This document shows positions 35,969 through 49,000 of a stretch of 64,000 nt of DNA, piece by piece; within the stretch, counting starts at the first letter, position 1; each line of letters begins with the position of its first letter. The position numbers and the translations under genes were made by a program. This stretch comes from Mytilus trossulus (lineage: Eukaryota), in contig NC_086380.1 of NCBI RefSeq assembly GCF_036588685.1, positions 11,222,001 to 11,286,000 on the forward strand. The letters run 5' to 3'. Under the pieces are notes generated by a model, which was given only the letters and a program-made list of their open reading frames with translations, did no database searches and was not told where the DNA came from.

Positions 35969-38552
35969 ATGCCTATTGTGCAGGTAACCACTAGTCTTAC
36001 TAAAGAACAGATACCGAAAGATTTTACAAAGACGTTTTCTGCGTTTCTTGCCGAGACCTTGGACAAGCCAATCGAGGTAGGTATTTATATATATTGTGAA
36101 TCATACATACATGTACATTATGCTCGACCCTTTTTGTTAATTAACCGATTTAGGTACTTGATTTTTGCACTTAACTTTTAATATTAATTAGCTATAACTT
36201 TAACTAACTTGGACAAACTCTGATAACCGAATAACTATTTTTAGGTGTGTAAGATTGATTTCTTGTTGGTTGCTTAACGCCCAGTGGCAAATATTTCATG
36301 CATATTCGATATAACGAGGATTAACGAGATGAAAAGTCTCCAATATTGGCTTGCATTAATTTTTAAATAAAAACAAAGGTGTCAGTGAAGTTCATCTTGA
36401 ATATTAATTTTTAAAGACGGGCGCATTGCATTGTTATCCATGCGAGAGATACTGATCATACAGGCAAACCATGTGGTTACCTACGCAACTGATTTATCTT
36501 TTCTATCTAAATCGTGCAAATCAATATACAGTTGTTGATCTATTTTGGCGTGTCAACACCGTCACCGTGAGGTCTATTGAGGAGATTCGAACGAAACAGT
36601 TTGATTTTTAAAGGACGTTTTTTTTTTTTACAATGTTAATATTGCTCTTGAACAGCCCTCCCAAGATATCTGGTTACAGGTTGATTTTATCTGAATAAGT
36701 ACTGTTTCTTTTCTTTTTTTGTGAAAAAGGAGGGGGGTTAGTTTCTAAACACTGTACATGTCTATGCCTGGTTATGTTGAACAGCATCTTGATCCATCTT
36801 ATTCAGACTTTCTAAAACTCACTGTTATCATTTATGCATCTTCCAGTTAACACTTATCTTTACAATAACTCCATGAACATCTTTTCTTTCATAAGGTAAC
36901 AGAAATAAGTAATCACTTGTGATGCTTTAGTTTGTAAATATTCTCTTTCAGAAGATAACAATAGTAATCACATGTGATGATTTAGTTTGTAAATATTCTC
37001 TTTTAGAAGATAACAATAGTAATCACATGTGATGATTTAGTTTGTAAATATTCTCTTTCAGAAGATAACAATAGTAATCACATGTGATGATTTAGTTTGT
37101 AAATATTCTCTTTCAGAAGATAACAATAGTAATCACATGTGATGCTTAAGTTTTTTATAAAGTAAAAACACAAAAATACTGAACTCCGAGGAAAATTCAA
37201 AAAGGAAAGTCCAAAATCAAAAGGCAAAATCAAAAGTCTACACTTCAAACGAATGGATAACAACTGTCATATTCCTGGCTTGGTACAGGCATTTTCTAAT
37301 GTAGAAAATGGTGGATTGAACCTGGTTTTATAGCTAGCTAAACCTCTCACTTGTATGACAGTCGCATCAAATTCCATTACATTGTCAACGATGCAATTCT
37401 TATTCTTTCATAAAATAACCGTAGTAATCAGCTGCGATGCTTTAGTTTATAATCTTATACATCAGATAACAGAGGTTATCACCTATGATTCTTTAGTTCG
37501 TAAATCTTCTCTGTCAGAAGATAACAGCAATAATCGCCAGCCTAGTGATGCTGTAGTATGCAAATCTTTTCTTTCAGAAGATAACAGAAGTAATCACCTG
37601 TGATGCTTTATAGCTTGTAAATTTATATTCCATAAAATAACATTAGTAATCACTTGTGATGCCTTAGTTTGTAAATTTTCTCTTTCAGAAAATAACACTA
37701 GTAATCACTTGTGATGTCTTAGTTTGTTCATTTTCTCTTTCAGAAAATAACATTAGTTATCACCTGTGATGCTTTAGTTTGTAATGCTGGAGACGAATCA
37801 CCGTTCATGTTGATCTCAATCATATCCATCGCGAGATTTAACGAGAAAGACAATCCAGGATATACCGACAAGATTTCTACCTTTGTTAAGGAAGAAACAA
37901 AACTACCTGGAAACAAGTATGCATAGACTTTACTACAGCTCAGGCTGCTATATCTTAGTTTTATAGAATTTGTGAATTCTTTCCTGCCCACAGGTGATGG
38001 GGTACAGAATTTTTTTAATTTAAATAACATTGCTCTGAATATTAAAATTTCTATTATCCTATATCCTATATACCTTATTATAACACAATAAGGTGTATAG
38101 GATTTTTTTTCAGAGACAAGTGCCTGTGTAGTTAAGGCATATTAAGAAAACAAAATAAAAATAAGTAAAGTATGTCGACTAGTTTTCGGGGCGAAGAAAT
38201 TGAACAGCATCGGTTGTTACATTTATAATACACCATTCTACTAGAAATTAGTTTAATGTAGCTGCTTGAACGTACAATGGAAAGAATTTTCAAGACGAAC
38301 AATTTACTATAATTGCCGAGGCATAAAAAGACCAACCAAACATGCATGTGAAAGAAATAATTCGTAATCCATTTTGTTAAAACACTGAAATTGTGTCTTT
38401 TTAACAACGTGCATTATTGTTGTTGAATAAACGAATTCTAAAGCGAATTATGCTGATGAACATATAAGCAAATAATGTTTGTTTTTCTTTGTTTTAGGAT
38501 ACAGATTGTTTATACAGATCTTCAACCGCATATGGTTGGTAAAGGGAAATGA
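35969..38552 (+). CDS. MIF: Macrophage migration inhibitory factor / D-dopachrome tautomerase family protein, 3 exons, 111 aa
   Basis: Exons 35969-36076 (108 nt), 37744-37916 (173 nt), 38498-38552. MPIVQVTTSLTKEQIPKDFTKTFSAFLAETLDKPIEKITLVITCDALVCNAGDESPFMLISIISIARFNEKDNPGYTDKISTFVKEETKLPGNKIQIVYTDLQPHMVGKGK*. Catalytic Pro1, K32-P33 and SI motif; exon sizes match MIF genes. MIF versus DDT orthology not resolved. Confidence 0.88.
36881..37783 (+). repeat. ~55-bp tandem array (~12 units) of the MIF intron 1 acceptor plus exon 2 start, interrupted by a repeat insertion (~37158-37392)
   Basis: Unit ttctctttcag|aagataacaatagtaatcacatgtgatgatttagtttgtaaata; the last unit is the real exon start aaaataacattagttatcacctgtgatgctttagtttgtaa. 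Confidence 0.9.
37158..37392. mobile_element. Interspersed repeat family C
   Basis: aaagtaaaaacacaaaaatactgaactccgaggaaaattcaaaa...; inverted diverged copy at ~52505-52695. Confidence 0.7.
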
Positions 38553-40323
38553 AGAAAACAACATATTAATGATAAAAAATACGTAATAAACAGATTATAA
38601 TATGAATATGTATGACTTAAAACCTTGATAATCATGTTTGAAACACTTACTAATAATTAACACAGTAGAATATTATAATTTTGTTTTATCAAAAAATATT
38701 TATTAAATTTCAATCAAATAAACGAATTTGACTATACTATATTTTATGTTTTTGTCGTGGTACGTCATCCTCCAACACTTTGATCTTTACAACAGTACAG
38801 GCATGAAAAGGCTGCTGTCACGTTTGAGTTTGCATGGGTGCGTGTTATACTGCTAATATCTGCATACAACTTTCCGGTTGTTTTAAAAAAGCTGACCTAT
38901 TCGTATACAGTCTTCTTTCACGTAAATTTAGATCTCGGTGTACTCACAGTCCTGATTATGTATATGAAACAGAAAGTGACAACATGCTTTTGGTTTTTTT
39001 TATTCAGTAATACCAACATAGTTTCTAAATGATTGAGCCTAAAGACACTGGATATTTGTTTAATTATCAACTGTATTGGTCAATCAAACGGATGGTTGTG
39101 TGTTTCCTCTGGTCGACTAGTGAACAATGAAAGGCGCCGACACTCGCGCCGTTTTTGAACATGCATATTCAGTATTTTTCTACTTTCCTTCCTTAACATT
39201 TTATTAAGGAGTTTATTATTAGAACGTTTGTAAAAAAAACTCTCCCGCTTTAAGAAGTTCTCTCTCTGAGTCTGTCTTAAAAAGATAATTTATTGGTTCC
39301 AAACTGTTGGGTTACATGCACCATAGGATAAACAGAACATGACGAAACAACGTATTGCTGTCACTATACAGTGGCGGATCCAGCCATTTAAAAAAGGGGG
39401 TTCCCAACCCAGGATAAAGGAAGGTTCCAGCTATATGTCCCCATTCAAATGCATTGATCGACCAAAAAAAGAGGGGTACCAACTTATACCGTTTTACATT
39501 TTACAAAGCTGATACAGCATTCCTATCACGTTAGGCAAATGATATTCATAATGTTATTCACTCAATTTAAATGTAAGATAAAACGTGTAGATACATATAG
39601 GTAATGGAGGATGCACGATTTAAATTTTGTATTGGTAAAGTTGTAAGAAAACTGAAAAAAATAATAATGCTGACATTAATTTAGTTTAAGTGAAGCTTCC
39701 AAATGCCAATTATCTGTTGACTAGAAAAGACAGCGATCTAGAACAGTCCGCCTAAAGAATGACCTTTTACTTAAGGGAAAACCGACACATAATTTGGAGA
39801 TCATACAGGGTCACAATGCTCTCGCATGTACAGCAAGCCAGGCTGAGAATGTATATAAGACAGCAAGTCACATAATTTGGGACAAAAAGATGCGGCTCAA
39901 AATATGTATTTGAAGCTTTATGTTTCAGTGGGTTAAACACCTAGATGCATCATACCTTGTATACCAAACCTTAATGTTCGGTGTTGTGAGGTTTCCTTCA
40001 GTAATATGCAGAGCCCTTGATCTCATTTTCATGGTTTAACGGCTGTTTAAAAACCAGAATGGTTTGTTTTCCATGTGAATTTCTCATCTATGATTGGTAC
40101 TTGTGTAAGTGATTCTTGCAAGGTCTTCGTTTCACTATTGTGTCAGACATGGTTTACCCGACATATAGTTTTTGTGGTCAAGTCTGCATATCGGATACAG
40201 GCACGGATCTAGAAGGGACCCCCCTCTTTTGTCCTGGGTAAGGAACACCCATTTTTAAAATGGCTGGATCCGCGATACTATATATTAACAGTATAACTGT
40301 ATGTCAACTATATGTATATATAG

Positions 40324-40403
40324 AGAACCGTGGTGAAGTGGTTATAGTGCATCGGACTACTAAACACAAAGATTCCTGGATCGATTCCCATTCCGGAACC
40401 AAA
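40324..40403 (+). mobile_element. Degenerate tRNA-derived SINE head
   Basis: A-box-like gtggtgaagtggtt and B-box-like ggatcgattccc; no proper cloverleaf. Confidence 0.45.
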
Positions 40404-41092
40404 AATGACTAGAACAAAACAATTCAAACTGGAACACCATTGGTCTAATAGGCTGAATAGCGTCAGTCTAAGATAGTTCAGTATAGTATTATTGTTAAAA
40501 TCTGGTCATAATTGTATGTTTGGGCTTTACGTTCCTTCAGGTAGAACAATACATTTATAACATCATTTGACTTCAAGCTGCCCAAACGACTAAAAAAGCT
40601 TTTGTTTTAAGTACTCAAGTTACTGTGGTTTGTCTGTTGCTGTGGACAGACAGAACATCACTTTGTCAACTTGCTCCCGAAACTGGATTGTTCAACATTG
40701 CAGTATTAACTACCATAGGCGGATCCAATTGTGGGAAAAATTTGGTTGATTATAAAGGGAATCATTGAAGCATGACTGTAGCGGCCCCGCCTTAGGTCAG
40801 TCATCGGGCCCCCCCTTAGGAAAAGTTCTAGATCCATCACTGACAACTTTCAGTGCCAAGTGTGGACTTGTTATAAGTAATGATTACAATGAACTCATTC
40901 TTATTCCTGAAATTCTACTTTTGGTTGATTAGTGGGTATAAGGGAACCATGTAATGTTCATTGAAATACAAATTCCCTACACGCTTGTCTGCAGAATTTG
41001 CCAAAGAAAAAAATCAGATATCAACGAAAAAAGAATATTTCCTTATCCACAAAAATAAATGATTCCACAGTATGTGAACTATAATAGACATT

Positions 41093-41360
41093 AAACAAGA
41101 ATGTGTCCATAGTACACGGATGCCCCACTCGCACTATCATTTTCCATGTTCAGTGGACCGTAAAATTGGGATAAATTTTTTAATTTGGCATTAAAATTAG
41201 AAAGATCATTCCATGGTAATCATGTGTACTAAATTTCAAGTTGATTGGACTTAACTTCATCAAAAACTACCTTGACCAAAAACTTTAACCTGGAGCGGGA
41301 CGAACAGACGCACAGACCAGAAAACATAATGCACCTCTACTATCATAGGTGGGGCATAAT
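41093..41360 (+). mobile_element. HINE-like element (aaacaagaatgtgtcc family); copies at 47189-48196 and 58648-58910
   Basis: Shared head aacaagaatgtgtcc, core ttaaaattagaaagatcat...aagttgattggactt, (ggac/agac)n tract and 3' hairpin atgc(c/a)c...ggggcat. Confidence 0.75.
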
Positions 41361-43082
41361 AATAAGTCAAGTATACAGATATGATAATTTAATATAAATT
41401 AGTACAATTAATTCTATACAATTAAAAACATTTAATGTCACATGATACATGTTTAAGCATAATCACTTACAACATAAATACTTAATGAGGATGGAGGTTA
41501 CATACTAGAGAATGATGGTAAATAAATGCAGAATAAATGAATACGAAAATAAAGAATAGAGATAAATGGGGACAAAAAATTTAGAAAATATAATAATGGA
41601 GTACTGACATATAAAGATATAGAGAAAAACAGGCAAAATAAATTAAGAATAAAGAAAAACATTTTAATAAATTAAAGAAAAAGAAATGAAATACTCCTGA
41701 TCCAAACCCTCCATAAAAACAAATGTATTTACAATTCACAACAAATTATTGGTTGTATTTTTTAAATAAGCTTGAACACAATTCAAAGAGACAGGCTAAT
41801 TTCTAAGTAATATTTTTTCACTAAAATTGAGGAGTAAAGACTACGGTCCTTGTTTTTTTAAATTCTTATATTTTAATTTTAGATGTAACGCGTCTTCAGA
41901 TTGGCTGATGTTATTTTGTTATCAGCCATAGACATAATGTATTCATGTGACAGTGACGTCAACAACTTATTTTCATCGTTTTCTACGGTTTAAAATGAAA
42001 TTTAGAATTAAATTATAAGAAATGACTGTAATATTGTTGCTGTCTATTCGAAATAACATAAAAAATGTGGTGCACACTGTTAAATAACCCGCTATGCCTG
42101 TTATTCAGTGTGCACTAAATTTTATATGTTATTTCTTCATAGACAGCAAAAATATTACAGTCATTCATTAAATATTTTTTATGAAAAGTTGAAAGTCAAC
42201 CAAGAAAATATAAATAGAATAAGGCAATGGTCGAAAGAAAAAATGGCAAACAATAACCTACAAAACACAGAAAACAGATAGCACTTAAAGTGAGGATTCA
42301 TTGGTTATAAAGAAATCATACTATAATACAAATAAAGGTCCAAAATAGGATTTGTATGTTTGAAAACAACCCCAGAAAAACTGGGAGAGTCAACACATTA
42401 CTCTCATCTCAATGCATTTTAACACCATAAGAAAAAAAAATTGTTAAATTTCTTATAACTCCTCTTTTATTCGAGGTAAATAGCTACTTATGCAACCCTT
42501 TCCGAGAATAAATGTAATATTTATAGTACTTCTAATAAATAAATATTTCCTGTTTGGAATTGGATCTATACATGCTATACTCTTCTTTACTATAGATCCA
42601 GGATCAAACAAGCATTCCCTACAAATAAAATAAATTGAATATGCATTTCATAGATATTCAAATTCAAGTTTTGACTGCCTAAATAATATTTTAAAAATTA
42701 TATTAGTGACACAAAGAATAATGAATCAAATACATTGTAGCACAAAAAAAATACAACCTTTTAAAGTGACATTTTTGACACTTTCTTCAGTTGTAAAACA
42801 ATTGGATAAACAGTTGATTCTTAATATTTGCATGGTAATTTTATGCTTTAATGACACCATAGCTTTAACAAACTTTAGATATGTATATCTTTAGCAGTAA
42901 TAAATTAAATCAACTTGTTCATCGCACAAAATCTATATCATGTAATATTATCTTCACAGAACCAGGCAGAAATAGTTCTAAATATCCTCCATTCTAATTA
43001 TTATCATGGAATACACATATTAAGATATCTTTACATGTCTAAAGATCATACTTTGTTAAAGGCGATACTACAACATTGCTAT

Positions 43083-46000
43083 TTAATTAAGAAGACTTAT
43101 TAAGGCATCAAAAAACTTGCTTCTGTCTTCTGTTTTCATTTCCATAACTGAAACAAAAATAACAAACTATAAATAATTGTTAAACAACCCTAAAAAACAT
43201 AAAAATGTATGTATACAGACAACTATATATAATTCTTTTATATCTGATACAGTCCCTTTAGACTATCATTGTAGAAACCTTAAAACAGAATAGTTATAAG
43301 GTAAGACCCAGATAACTGAAGCTGTAAACTAACTTTTTTCTTCTGAGTTAATTGCATTTTTTTCAGAAAAATGAACATGGACATATGACTTTGATTGTAT
43401 CAATACAATGAAGTTAAAATATCAGAATAAATTTTGACAGAAGTCACAGGCTTGACAAAAACTGCCATTAAAGTTTTAAAAACATACTACTTACTGTAAC
43501 TGTCAAAACTGTCATGCAAAGTTCTAGAATTGGTACTAACAGCTGCCTGCTCAAATGCTTTACCAAAGAAACTGGAAAAAAATTATTATGGCATTCATTT
43601 TAAAATCAACAACTTTCCCCTCATGCTTACCAGTTTTGCTTTTTAAAATTCTATTCATTAAGCAGAATACGCAAAAACATGGGAAAACATGAGTTATAGT
43701 TGTCTGAATGTTTTGGCTATGATAACTTCATCTGCGCTGATAATTTTTACATTTGGAATCTCTACCTTTCTAACATTGTTTTCAACAATGCTAGTAATTG
43801 GAAAGATTGTCGTTTAAGGTGGTACTTAACACTACAGGGAGATAACTCTGTAAAATCAGCTAAACATTTAAATTACGTTGCATTGTTAAGCTTCTCAATG
43901 ATCAAAATAAGTGTTTGTCAAACTACTTTGTAACCAGTGTAATTTTTCTAATAAAACGGTTGGTTCATATTTTTTGAACATTTTATATTTTTATCAAAGG
44001 ATCAAATTGAATTCTTCGTCAAAGTTTTATGAATATTAAACGAGCCAAATTAATTTTAGTCAAGGTGTTTGGTACCACCTTAAGGGCAATAACTCAGATT
44101 CAACAAACAATTCCGGCATCATCGACTTATTTGAAGATCCTGTCTGGTGCATCATTTTTACAATTTAAAGACTATCTATCATAGTTCAAAATAATAGGCC
44201 ATAACACAAAAACAATGGTAAAACTGTTGTTTTTTTTAGTTTTTAAGACAATAGGATAAACTGAAAATAATATGTAAATGCTCAACATTATTAAAGGGCA
44301 GTAATTCCAAAAAGGGCTGGCTGATGATCTTGAAATTGTATAAATCATTTTTGCTGTGTAAAGTTTCTATATATCCATTAAAGTTTTGATGGTAATATTC
44401 ATTTTTTAAGGGCAACAACTCCTGTAAGAAGTTGTATGCCAATTTTTATGACAAAAGACAAAAGGTAAATTTCAACATCTGAACATTTCTGATTTTGTCA
44501 TATATTCTTTATCTATAGAGTGTGGTGCTCATTTTCGCCATAACTTTCCATGTTTTCTACAGGTTATGTTCAGGTTTATATGTTTTTGAAGTATACTAAT
44601 ATTTCTATATGAAGATAACTTCAAATGCAAAACATTCATAAGCTTGAAAACATGTTTGTTTGAAAATAATCATCTGTAAAGTTCGATTAAAGAGTGCTTG
44701 AAATTTCCTGAAGTTTTGTCAATGGGGGGCACATATTCGCCGTTTTTACACATCTATTTAAAACCAAATAAATGCAGCTTTTTATAACATTTATCAAATA
44801 AATTTCATTATAGATGAACAGCAGACATTTCAAAGGTGTAAAAAAAAGAAATTTAGGCCAATCAGTCAAAAAATTACTAAGAAAAAAATCTTTGAAAATC
44901 CTCTTTTTCATTCAGGAAATTGACCGAAAATTGATGTCCGTTTTTCGATCTTTTGCAGTTAGTGCCGTAATTTTGTTTAAGTTTAAAAAATAATCATATT
45001 TGTTATAAAATTATAATTTATCGGCATATTTTCTTCCATTTCAGCCATCCTTTGAAGTGTTTATACCCCAAAATCATAAAACAGCAAAATTGTGTCCCTG
45101 GCAAATATGGGCCTCCCACTCTAGCATTTTCAAGAACATGGACAAAACTTGCATTTCACCCCTATGTTCCATTTTAGCCATGTTGGTTGGCATGGGGAAT
45201 CATCACATATATTTTTTTTATACTACGATTGTGACCATTTTAGTTCCAATTGGCCAGGTAGTTCTAGATTTCAAGATTTTTGTTAAAGTTTAGACCAAGG
45301 CTGTCAAGAGATGAGAATTGGTCACTTGACCATACCCTTTTGGGTATTGTGCTAAAAAACACACAAAAAAACCCCAAACTTTTCTATAGTTTCAAACAAT
45401 TGGGATGTAACACTGCATTAAAATAACAAAATACATATCAAGGTTCTTAATTGCATGAATACATATCTTACTTCTTCCTTTCTTCATCCAGCTGAAGTGG
45501 AGGGATGCCTATAACTAGAGTTGTTCCCTGTTCTCCGTCTAAAGGAGCACCTAAAACCAGTGGAAGACTTCTAGCTCTCTTGTTACGACTCTGAAAAGAA
45601 AGGATAATTATGTACTGTGCAATTTTCAATATAAACATTTCAGAAACAATATAGACACGGAATATGCAGTTTAAGTATTGATGGTTGTGGAAGGTAGTAC
45701 AGTGACCTGTAGTTGTTACAACTTCTATGGCATTTGGTCTTTAGTGGAGAGTTGTCACATTTACAATCATACCACATCTTATTCTCATATTTATGGTAGA
45801 TACTTACAACAGAACAGTGAGCTTCTAATGTAAACCTGGCTAATCTCATCAAACATTGTGGTTTGGCAAAGAACTTGACATCCATTGTGCCCTGAAAAAA
45901 TAATAAAAGTTGATAGCTTGTGGTAGGAACATTTTCAACTGAATCCATTTCTATTGAGGAAAATGCATCATATTCTACAAGTTTATGTTTTTCAGGGCCT

Positions 46001-49000
46001 TTAATAGCTGACTAGTCAGTATTGGCTTTGCTCATTGATGAAGGTCACATGTTGACCTATAGTTAATTTCTGGGTCATTTGGTCTCTTATGGAGAGTTGT
46101 CTTGTTGGCAATCATACCACATCTTTTCTATATTATAATTATTCACAATATTGTAAGAACACTTCAGATTTCCTTGACAACCACACGACTGCATCATTCT
46201 CTTCTGCTAAAAAAATCCCATTTCTTTACTTTGCAATGTGTAATATGGTACTTGCCATAAAGACAAATCCCTCTATTGTTTATGTTTACATATTGTTTTA
46301 GGCCGTCAACTGTTTAAAATGTTGCAGCTTCCAGGTTCTATTGTTAAATTTGAATTCATGCAATACTCTGCTGCAGACTAATAGAAACTGTTCCATCAGA
46401 CAGACAAAAAGTTTCTTGTTGACAAAATATTTTATGAGTATGACTAATTACCTCTTGTATAAAAGCATACAAGAATGGCCCAGCTGATATAACCTGATGC
46501 ATGTCAAGAAATGTCTGAACCTGGGTCACTATGGCTTGTGTCTGTTTCTTGGCTAATTCTACTGCCTTCTCTAGAGAAGCTACATTTACCCTGGAAACAG
46601 ATAGAACATAATTAACATTGATAAACAAGGACTCTGAAAGAAGAAAAATCATAGTATTACCCTTGATACAAAGATACAATATGTTTTTTTACAATAATTA
46701 CACCTGATATAAGAATGCCAGCTTTTGATTGGCTGATAGCCAGTGTAATTTTCGCATATTCTAACATTTTTTCCTCATTTCAAATGAATCTGCTTTTTTT
46801 TCACCACTGCCGGTGAATATGCCTCAAATACCATTGTATTTGCCATTTTGGATATTCCTTTTTTACCCTCCCGAGCATCTTCCCGTCTTTTTTCTCAGAT
46901 ATGACGTTTCATAAAGACAGCGCGAACATGTATACGTAGCTGTAAAGTTCCTGCGGTATATTTTATGACAGTACTTGTCCTCAAATAAATATTTCCTTTT
47001 CCTTGTACAGAGAGTTTGAATTAAAATTTATTCGGTGTAATTAAACAGATATATCATGTTATGGAGGGGGTATTTGCAAAAAATACAAGTCTTGGGACAA
47101 AATTTCCCTTGCCTGGCGGCTTGGGAAATTTAAGTCTCTCGACTTGTATTTTTCGCAAATACCCCTCTATAACATGATATATCTGTTCAGAATGTGTCCC
47201 AAGTACATGTATGCCCCATCCACACTATAATTTTCAGTGTTCAATGGACTGTGAAAACGGGGAAAAATCTCTAATTTGGCATTAAAATTAGAAAGATCCT
47301 GTCATAGGGATAAAATTGAGAATGGAAATGGGGAATGTGTCAAAGAGACAACAACCCGACCAAATAAAAAACAACAGCAGAAGGTCACCAACAGGTCTTC
47401 AATGTAGCGAGAAATTCCCGCACCCGGAGTCGTCCTTCAGCTGGCCCCTAAACAAATATATACTAGTTCAGTGATAATGAACGCCATACTAATTTCCAAA
47501 TTGTACACAAGAAACTAATATAAAAATAATACAAGACTAACAAAGGCCAGAGGCTCCTGACTTGGGACAGGCGCAAAAATGCGGCGGGGTTAAACATGTT
47601 TGTGAGATCTCAACCCTCCCCCTATACCTCTAACCAATGTAGAAAAATAAAAGCATAACAATACGCACATTAAAATTCAGTTCAAGAGAAGTCCGAGTCT
47701 GATGTCAAAAGATGTAACAAAAGAAAATAAACAAAATGACAATAATACGTAAATAACAACAGACTACTAGCAGTTAACTGACATGCCAGCTCCATACTTC
47801 AATTAAACTGACTGAAAGATTATGATTTCATAGGGATTTCATAGGGATTTCATAGGGAACATGTTTACTACGTTTCAAGTTGATTGGACTTCAACTTCAT
47901 CAAAAACTACCTAGACTAAAAACTTTATCGTGAACTTCGCACTATCATTATCTTTGTTCAGTGGAATTTGAAAATGGGATAAAATGTCTAATTTGCCATT
48001 AAAAATAAAAAGATCATATCATAGGGAACATGTTTACTAAGTTTCAAGTTAATTGGACTTCAACTTCATCAAAAACTACCTCGACCAAAAATTTTAACCT
48101 GAAGCGGGAGGAACGAACGGTCGGACAAACAGACAAATGAATGAGCAGACGGACGCACAGACATGAAAACATAATGCACATAAATGGGGCATAAAAATGA
48201 TTTGTTTTATGTACTTAACATTTATGTAACAATTTAACATGGAGAAATTTCTTAATACAGTCTTAACACACCTATCTCATTTGCAAGATTAATATGGAAT
48301 CAGTAATAGCTACGTCATTACCTTTGTAAAATATCTAATGCACTCAAAAAGTTATCCGTAGCACTTTTATTCTTATCCTGAAACATACAAGACATTAGTT
48401 AAAAAACATTTTATTAGCGATTTCTTTACGCCACCAAGTCAACAACAAGCTAAAACACAAACATTAAATTAAACATAAAGAAAAAAAAAATACAAGCAAA
48501 CATTTCTTTAGTAGATCATTTCAAATAAATAGAAGAAATCATTAACAAATATATAAGTTTTAATTTGCATCTTGTTCATTCAAAAATTGACAATAAAACA
48601 GTTTTCAATGTCTTAGTTCATACCCATTCTCTTTTTATTGCTGCGGCAGCTATCTGCTTAATACTAGACTTTTAAAGCCTGCCAATTGATATTTTATTGT
48701 GTGTTTTTCTATGTTGTGATGTTATGCTATTGTTTCAGAAAAAGGGAGAAGGTTTGGTCCCGCTGCAAATGTTTGCACCTGTCCTAAGTCAGGAATCTGA
48801 TGTACAGTGGTTGTTGTTTGTTTATGTAATATATACGTGTTTCTCGTTTTTTTATATAGATTAGACCGTTGGTTTTCGTGTTTGAATGGTTTTACACTAG
48901 TAATTTTGGGGACCTTTATAGCTTGTTCATTTGAATATGTAATTTATACGTGTTTCTCGTTTCTCGTTTTTTTATATAGATTAGACCATTGGTTTTCCCG

